A stretch of DNA of 64,000 bases from Macrostomum lignano. Taxonomy: Eukaryota. The notes beneath the pieces are model-generated. The model was given only the letters and a program-made list of their open reading frames with translations, did no database searches and had not been told where the DNA came from. Location: assembly GCA_002269645.1 (NCBI GenBank), contig NIVC01000613.1:84834-148833 (forward strand), read 5' to 3'. A program made the position numbers and the translations under genes. Positions 54,466-64,000 of the stretch are shown one piece after another (position 1 is the first letter of the stretch; the number at the start of each line of letters is the position of its first letter).

Positions 54466-54887
54466 TATAGCTTTTGTCATGCTATCTCAGCCTAGGGACA
54501 TCCAAACTCAGCCAGCCCCATTCCGCAATGCGTTTTTTGGCTCGAGCTAGTCGAGTTTTACCATAGACATGCTTCTTAAGGCCATGCTATCTCAGCCTGG
54601 GACATGCAATCTCAGCCAATATAGATTTCAATTGCAAACAGATCTCAATGCTATCATTTCTGTAACGTGACATGAAATGGCAACAAACAGCAATGAATGA
54701 ACGCAGCAAGAAAAGTCAGTAAGAATCTGAAAAGTGGCTGAGATTGCATGTCCCAGGCTGAGATAGCATGGCCTTAAGAAGCATGTCTATGGTAAAACTT
54801 GACTGGCTTACGTAAAAAATCGCACTGTTGAGATGGGCTGGCTGAGTTTGGATGTCTCTAGGCTGAGATAGCATGACAAATACTATA
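54466..54887. mobile_element. MITE with ~150-bp imperfect TIRs and probable TA target duplication
   Basis: The left arm TTTGTCATGCTATCTCAGCCTAG...GCAATCTCAGCCA is mirrored by the right arm. The element is absent at the homologous site ~46236-46245. Confidence 0.88.
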
Positions 54888-55029
54888 GTTAAAAAATCAT
54901 CTAATAGGATAAATTCTAAAAAGGTGCAATGGCAGAGGAAATGGGTTAAGAGAAGTTGCTGAACAGTTAGCAGGGTAGGTAGGGTGAAAATTGGAGTAGC
55001 AGGGTGACTGGTAGAGTGGCAGTGGAGTC

Positions 55030-56828
55030 CTAGGATGGCTAGGGAGAGTCTTAGGGTGGTTTGGGTGAGTGATAGGGTGGCTAGGGAGAGTCTTAGGGTG
55101 GTTTGGGTGAGTGATAGGGTGGCTAGGGAGAGTCTTAGGGTGGTTTGGGTGAGTGATAGGGTGGCTAGGGAGTGTCTTAGGATGGTTTGGGTGAGTGATA
55201 GGGTGGCTAGGGAGAGTCTTAGGATGGTTTGGGTGAGTGATAGGGTGGCTAGGGAGAGTCTTAGGATGGTTTGGGTGAGTGATAGGGTGGCTAGGGAGAG
55301 TCTTAGGGTGGTTTGGGTGAGTGAAAGGGTGGCTAGGGAGAGTCTTAGGATGGTTTGGGTGAGTGATAGGGTGGCTAGGGAGAGTCTTAGGGTGGTTTGG
55401 GTGAGTGATAGGGTGGCTAGGGAGAGTCTTAGGATGGTTTGGGTGAGTGAAAGGGTGGCTAGGGAGAGTCTTAGGGTGGTTTTTGGGTGAGTGATAGGGT
55501 GGCTAGGGAGAGTCTTAGGGTGGTTTTTGGGTGAGTGATAGGGTGGCTAGGGAGAGTCTTAGGGTGGGTTGGGTGAGTGATGGGGTGGCTAGGGAGAGTC
55601 TTAGGGTGGTTTTTGGGTGAGTGATAGGGTGGCTAGGGAGAGTCTTAAAGTGGTTTTTGGGTGAGTGATGGGGTGGCTAGGGAGAGTCTTAGGGTGGTTT
55701 TTGGGTGAGTGATAGGGTGGCTAGGGAGAGTCTTAGGGTGGTTTGGGTGAGTGAAAGGGTGGCTAGGGAGAGTCTTAGGGTGGTTTTTGGGTGAGTGATA
55801 GGGTGGCTAGGGAGAGTCTTAAAGTGGTTTTTGGGTGAGTGATGGGGTGGCTAGGGAGAGTCTTAGGGTGGTTTTTGGGTGAGTGATAGGGTGGCTAGGG
55901 AGAGTCTTAGGGTGGTTTGGGTGAGTGATAGGGTGGCTAGGGAGAGTCTTAAGGTGGTTTGGGTGAGTGATAGGGTGGCTAGGGAGAGTCTTAGGGTGGT
56001 TTGGGTGAGTGAAAGGGTGGCTAGGGAGAGTCTTAGGGTGGTTTTTGGGTGAGTGATAGGGTGGCTAGGGAGAGTCTTAAAGTGGTTTTTGGGTGAGTGA
56101 TGGGGTGGCTAGGGAGAGTCTTAGGGTGGTTTTTGGGTGAGTGATAGGGTGGCTAGGGAGAGTCTTAGGGTGATTTGGGTGAGTGATAGGGTGGCTAGGG
56201 AGTGTTAGGGTGGGTTGGGTGAGTGATAGGGTGGCTAGGGAGTGTCTTAGGGTGGTTTGGGTGAGTGATAGGGTGGCTAGGGAGAGTCTTAGGGTGGTTT
56301 GGGTGAGTGATAGGGTGGCTAGGGAGAGTCTTAGGGTGGTTTGGGTGAGTGATAGGGTGGCTAGGGAGAGTCTTAGGGTGGGTTGGGTGAGTGATAGGGT
56401 GGCTAGGGAGAGTCTTAGGGTGGGTTGGGTGAGTGATAGGGTGGCTAGGGAGAGTCTTAGGGTGGGTTGGGTGAGTGATAGGGTGGCTAGGGAGTGTCTT
56501 AGGGTGGGTTGGGTGAGTGATAGGGTGGCTAGGGAGAGTCTTAGGGTGGGTTGGGTGAGTGATAGGGTGGCTAGGGAGAGTCTTAGGGTGGGTTGGGTGA
56601 GTGATAGGGTGGCTAGGGAGAGTCTTAGGGTGGGTTGGGTGAGTGATAGGGTGGCTAGGGAGAGTCTTAGGGTGGGTTGGGTGAGTGATAGGGTGGCTAG
56701 GGAGTGTCTTAGGGTGGGTTGGGTTAGTGATAGGGTGGCTAGGGAGAGTCTTAGGGTGGGTTGGGTTAGTGATAGGGTGGCTAGGGAGAGTCTTAGGGTG
56801 GGTTGGGTTAGTGATAGGGTGGCTAGGG
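55030..56828. repeat. 42-bp G-rich satellite, ~43 copies (paralog of 46395-46692)
   Basis: Same unit and same flanks as the 7-copy array. Confidence 0.95.
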
Positions 56829-57973
56829 AGAGGAGACAGCTGCATTCCACAGTTTACCTGTGAAGAAACTGGGGTCGGTCCGGGTGCCCAACCCAAGTAC
56901 TATAAAAAAAGTAGGAAAAGACGTAGTGACGCTTTGTGAAACAGTAGCTCGATCTGGCGTGATGAAGTTCAGAAGTTGCGTTGCTACCATTATTGTTGTG
57001 ACACTCGCTGGTGCTTATAAAGTGCCTACCGTAAGATATAGTATAGGATATTGGTGAGTCACGAGTATATGGCTCACGTGTGTACTCTGTACAAGCAGCT
57101 GGCAAAATATACGGAACTCCTGACATATCAAGCTATCAAACTCAAACTTTTGCTGCTGAAGCAATTGCTCTAAACTATTGTCTTTTATACCACAGAGTCA
57201 ACTAATTTTACCCGACTTTGATTGTTGCTTCGGCCAAATCAAAAAAGTTAAGTTTACCTCTAAGAGGCTTTTCATATTGCTTGTTCTGATTCTAGAACCA
57301 GAACCAATTTGTAAAGTATAACTTTTTGTCTCCTTAACTAGAGGGATAAGCAGTAAGCAGTAAGCAACTTAACGGCGTAAGCAGTGTGAGACCCTCCTGC
57401 CCTGACAGACCCCCCGAGGGCCCATGCACTACACGTGGTTTGTTAATATTAATATAAAAATCAACAAATCCAGACAGACATAAAAAAATAACAAGTGAAG
57501 ATTGCCATGCTGCAAGTGTAATTCGAAAATACATGAAGAAAAACAAGTTTTGAGATCAAATTTTAGCTTGGTCTTTACAAAATTCAATCGCGGAGACACT
57601 ATAATAACAATAAGTCAAACATAAAATATGAGTGCTGAGTAATACAGAAAATAATGAAATAAGAAGCAAACAACAAATTGAAACCTTTGGCAGCAACAAG
57701 AATTAAACACTGGTCTAGCAGTGCAGTCAATGAAGGTGCTTAATTAAAACAGAAAATGCTTCAAACCAATCAGTGGGTACTGACACTGATCAACTGACCA
57801 TTGGTTTAGATACGGTATGCATTACTTTTGGACAATTCAAGGATGATCATTAAAATTTACGGACAAAAAGGCTGTTAATGGATTGCCAGTGACTTAAAAA
57901 CGCGTGGCGAACACTCAGAACTCTGACCCCGAAGTTCACTTCTGCAGCCACGGAGGGCAAAGTTTAATATTCG

Positions 57974-58446
57974 TTACACAATGTGCCGATTAGCGTGCGT
58001 TTTCTGATGGCTGCCTCGATTAAATCGCTTGCACTCAAATGGCTTTTCTCCTGTGTGAACTCTAGAGTGCATAGTGAGGTTGGAGATTTGAGTAAATCGC
58101 TTGCCGCACACCTTGCACTCAAATGGTTTTTCTCCTGTGTGAAGCCTAGAGTGCTTAGTGAGGCTGCTACTGACACTAAATCTCTTGCCGCACACCTTGC
58201 ACTCAAATGGTTTTTCTCCTGTGTGCAGCCTTGAGTGAGAAGAGAGGTTGCTGCTGAAACCGAATCTCTTGCCGCACACCTTGCACTCAAATGGCTTTTC
58301 TCCTGTGTGCCGCCTCGAGTATGTAGTGAAGGCGCTGCTGACATGGAATCTCTTGCCGCACACCTTGCACTTGTACGGTTTCGCCTTCTTGTGCACTGCA
58401 CTAATGTGAGCTTTGAGGTGGCATTTTCTGGTGAGCTTCTTCTGGC
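57974..58446 (-). pseudogene. 5'-truncated zinc-finger paralog ZF5 (5 fingers + deleted terminal finger), fused to spacer-B sequence
   Basis: Finger sequence stops at TCTGGC (58446) and continues as TACTGAGCACTCCC, homologous to ~50878. It has no MRRGS N-terminus, and one finger has His->Tyr. Confidence 0.85.
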
Positions 58447-59456
58447 TACTGAGCACTCCCGACTAGGCTCTATACTTTCATTTTCGAGCCGTCCTCTTTA
58501 CGTGTTCATGCGAAAAACCGCTAATCGGAGACACAAGCCCATAGATTTCGAGATTTCATTACTAACACGACAACAAACAGCATGGTGTCAGAGGAACACA
58601 GCTAACGATTAACTCCTTAACCGCATACATCATTCAGTCGCTATACAGCTAATAATCTAATTCAAAGCCGACGCTTCGATACACATGGCTGGCTGATACA
58701 GGAGAGTTGAAGCCACCAGCATCCATCGCATTCGATGAGAACAAATGAAGAAGTGAAAACATGAATTGCTGGTTTCGCGCTCTCCCTCACAGCCGTGAAG
58801 CGAGATAATGAAAGCGACGAGCTGAAGACCGCCATTCTGCTCACAGCACTTGGAAGGTCTTTCAAGGTCAAAACAGCAGCAGAGAAAACCAACATCAGAA
58901 ACAGAAAGATTCCTCGCAAAACGCCACGCTAACACCAAACTTGACTCGATTCCCGAAAGCATGCAATTTTTTCAAAATTCGACAATTAAGACAGCATGAG
59001 CACTACGATTAAAGTGCATCGCAACAGGTTACTCGGAGGGCACCAAGTGATTCAGCCACCCAGCCGAGTTGCATTCTGGTCAAGTTGTAAAGCTATCGGA
59101 CAACTACAAAGAGAAAGCTGACAATCACCGAACTATCAGTTTATAATATTCGTGCCTACTGTGCGCAGAATTTTTTAAGCAAAAATTAAAATAAGTCAAA
59201 CGAAAAGTAGCATAAGTGCCGAGTACTCGTACAGTACGCAATGTGACTACTGGGAAAAAAACTGAAAACATTTGGCAGCAACAGCTCATCAGTGCATCAA
59301 CTTCCTCATGCATCCTAAAGGAAAGATTCAAGACAAAGCATAATTACATAGGAACAAAAAGCTGTTAAACGATTGCAAGTACTCGTACACTGAAAACGCC
59401 TGGAGCACAGAAAAACAAAGATCGTGTGTCCATTTCTACAATCACGGTGCGCAAAG

Positions 59457-60363
59457 TTAAATATTCGTGTGCACCCTGGAGTGCTTAGTGAGGTTGCTGC
59501 TTACACGAAATCTCTTGCCGCACACCATGCACTCAAACGGCTTTTCTCCTGTGTGAAGCCTTGAGTGGGAAGAGAGGCTGCCTGCTTGACTGAATCTTTT
59601 GCCGCAAACCTTGCACTCGAAAGGCTTTTCTCCTGTGTGAAGCCTAGAGTGCTGAGTGAGGCTGCTGCTGTCACTAAATCTCTTGCCGCACACATTGCAC
59701 TCAAATGGCTTTTCTCCTGTGTGCAGCCTTGAGTGGGAAGAGAGATGCTTGCTTGATTGAATCTTTGCCGCAACCTTGCACTCGAAAGGCTTTTCTCCTG
59801 TGTGAAGCCTTGAGTGGGAAGAGAGGCTCCATGCTTGACTGAATCTCTTGCCGCACACATTGCACTCAAATGGCTTTTCTCCTGTGTGCAGCCTAGAGTG
59901 CTTAGTGAGGCTGCTGCTGTCACTAAATCTCTTGCCGCACACATTGCACTTGTGCGGTTTCGCCTTCATGTGCACTGCACTAATGTGAGCTTTGAGTAGC
60001 TTTTTCTGGTGAACTTCTTCTGGCAAGTGTTGCACTGGAACGCCCTCTCGACAGCCTGAGCTTGACGTTGCCGTGTTGCAGCACTGTTCAAAGCTCGGGT
60101 CTTCCCGGCTGACTCGCACTCGTAACGCTTCGTCACTGCAGAACTGCCGCTGCACACGGCTGCATCGCTGACTCATTGCGAGACTCGACCTGCTCGACCG
60201 CCGCCGCTCTGCCAGCTTCTGAGTTGGTCGCAGCCGCCTCCTCTGGCTCCGAGTCGCAGCCGATTCCGTGTGACCGCACATGATGCAAGTACTGCGCCGC
60301 TGCCGATCGGGTGCGGCAGAACCGCCTGGGACAAAAGGGGCAGGCGACAGAGCCCCGGCGCAT
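59457..60363 (-). pseudogene. Zinc-finger paralog ZF6, ~7 array fingers, several small indels (pseudogene or consensus errors)
   Basis: ATG at 60363, fingers spread across shifting frames, ends HTNI*. Confidence 0.7.
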
Positions 60364-62801
60364 CTCTGAGAAACTGTGGGGCTGCGATCTGTGCGGAGAT
60401 GCCGATGCTCGAAGCGTTTCTGCCTGAGCTGCAATGCGGAGCGGTAGGGACTTCGTCACTTTGTGATCCGAATGGAAAGACATGCAAAGGAAATGAACAT
60501 CCCCAATATCGAAAACATAGACAATTTCTGGGTTATATTGACAAATAAAAAGCATAATTTTTTATTTTATGAAAGTGATAAAAATCCCATGCATGCTTTA
60601 CTTGAATTTAAGACAACCAATTGATGATGGATTTAACAGAGTGAAAATGTTGCTGCTAAACGGCATGATGTGCATGGTTAAATTTACACTGATGAGCAAT
60701 CCTTGGCTCGTGAAAGATAGTGAGCCAAAGCCTTCCAGGTAAACTTCCTAACATACAAATTTTTCTTGATTTTTGCTCAATTCTTCCATTATCTCATTCA
60801 ATTTTCTACTGGAGACCAGATACCAACAATTTCAACTATCACTGCATGGTCCTCACTTCGGTAAAATAGATTTACAATAAAACAGTTTTTAGTTGCCTTA
60901 TATATACCTAAACCGCTATCTAAGAGAGCAAGCTCCGTCCAGCCTCCAAAATCATTATCAAAGGCTTCGAGCTTGTCCGCCTGGATCGCGCGGGCCTGCA
61001 ACAAAGGAGCTTACAACGTGACTTCCGATACTGGTGTGATGATGCTTTGGAAATTATATATACAGGACCCCTGAACCATCAAGCTTCAGGGAAAGAATGA
61101 CTCAAAAACAGGCTGGTTAATAGAAGCAAAGCCTGTTGTATATTTAAATATCGTACGCAACGCGACGATGCCGTTAAACAATTGTTTGAACAGTGCACGC
61201 TTACAGATCAAACCGAACTCAATCGGTGCTGTTATCATTTAACACCGCAGTCTCAACCAATTTTACCGGGTTTCGATTGGGGTTTTAGCTAAATCAAAAT
61301 AAACAGTTTTTTTTATTATCGCTAGACTGCCTGGCAGGACCCATTGATTTCTGCCACTTGTACTGCAACTTTGCGCGACTGAACAATTTAAGGTGGATGC
61401 GCAAACCCGGAGCGAAATACTAAGCCGTAACAAAAAGGTGGGTAGGCGGCCCCACCGGCTAAGACGAGAAAGCTCAAAAGCCAGCCAATCGAAACGAAAT
61501 TTGGTGTCAGAATTTAAACATTTCTCAGCTGTCTGAGAGACCGGCTTATTGGAACTTTACTGGGACAGCATTTTTGACGAATGCACGATGTCAAATGCTT
61601 CTACAATCTGACGCGCCAACTCGGAGTTTAAAGGTGCAATTTCTAGATGGTGGAGAAGCTGGTAGCAATTATTCTATTGTAAAATATTTATGTAGCTAGG
61701 GATTCTCTCAAGTGCTAATGAACTGTACTGTCTTGCGCAATGTGAAAGATAGAGCTTGTGACAGGGACTACTGAGCACTCCCGACTATGCTCTATACTTT
61801 CATTTTCGAGCCGTCCTCTTTAACGTGTTCATCGAAAAACCGCTAATCGGAGACACAAGCCCATAGATTTGAGATTTCATTACTAACACGACAACAAACA
61901 GCATGGTGTCAGAGGAACACAGCTAACGATTAACTCCTTAACCGCATTAACCGCATACATCATTCAGTCGCTATACAGCTAATTCAAAGCCGATGCTTCG
62001 ATACACATGGCTGGCTGATACAGGAGAGTTGAAGCCACCAGCATCCATCGCATTCGATGAGAACAAATGAAGAAGTGAAAACATGAATTGCTGGTTTCGC
62101 GCTCTCCTCACAGCCGCAAAGCGAGATAATGAAAGCGACGAGCTGAAGACCGCCATTCTGCTCACAGCACTTGGAAGGTCTTTCAAGGTCAAAACAGCAG
62201 AAACAGAAAGATTCCTCGCAAAACGCCACGCTAACACCAAACTTGACTCGATTCCCGAAAGCATGCAATTTTTTCAAAATTCACAATTAAGACAGCATAT
62301 GAGCACTACGATTAAAGTGCATCGAAACAGGTTACTCGGAGGGCACCAAGTGATTCAGCCACCCAGCCGAGTTAGCATTCTGTCAAGTTGTAAAGCTATC
62401 GGACAACTACAGATCGACCTAACTTTGGCAATTTGTGACTTCGCTAACTCATTAATTAGAAAGCTGACAATCACCGAACTATCAGTTTATAATATTCGTG
62501 CCTACTGTGCGCAGAATTTTTTAAGCAAAAATTAAAATAAGTCAAACGAGAAGTAGCATAAGTGCCGAGTACTCGTACAGTACGCAATGTGACTACTGGG
62601 AAAAAACTGAAAACATTTGGCAGCAACAGCTCATCAGTGTATCAACTTCCTCATGCATCCTAAAGGAAAGATTCAAGACAAAGCATAATTACATAGGAAC
62701 AAAAAGCTGTTAAACGATTGCAAGTACTCGTACACTGAAAACGCCTGGAGCACAGAAAAACAAAGATCGTGTGTCCATTTCTACAATCACGATGCGCAAA
62801 G

Positions 62802-63956
<1,155 letters not shown>

Positions 63957-64000
63957 CTCTGAGAACTGTGGGGCTGCGATCTGTGCGGAGATGCCGATGC

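Noticed and set aside
55030-56828. Interstitial telomere
   Set aside because: TTAGGG occurs only once per 42-bp unit, not as tandem telomeric repeats.

Overview
This is a repeat-rich animal genome window: it has spliceosomal GT-AG introns, GC-rich exons and a different minisatellite in most large introns. The style suggests a free-living flatworm such as Macrostomum, which is an unverified inference. Exon models were assembled by hand with phase checks. (1) A 4-exon NK-like homeobox gene of ceh-19/Abox type lies on + (3092-7489). (2) A cation-type nicotinic-receptor-like Cys-loop subunit lies on - (12518-21314). It has two interleaved, mutually exclusive N-terminal modules and lacks the loop-C vicinal cysteines. 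(3) An intronless ACBD4/5-like tail-anchored acyl-CoA-binding protein lies on - (27753-28955). (4) A 5-exon, ~1190-aa unrecognised protein with an acidic 9-aa repeat and Cys/His finger-like motifs lies on - (32400-38940). (5) From ~40.3 kb to the window end there is a tandem array of seven paralogous C2H2 zinc-finger genes. They share an N-terminus but carry shuffled finger arrays, and their duplicated spacers contain gypsy relics, a deleted Tc1 element, a MITE and a G-rich 42-mer satellite. Most ORFs in the supplied track are satellite artefacts. Satellite boundaries are approximate (+/-15 nt). Indels near the window end may be consensus errors.
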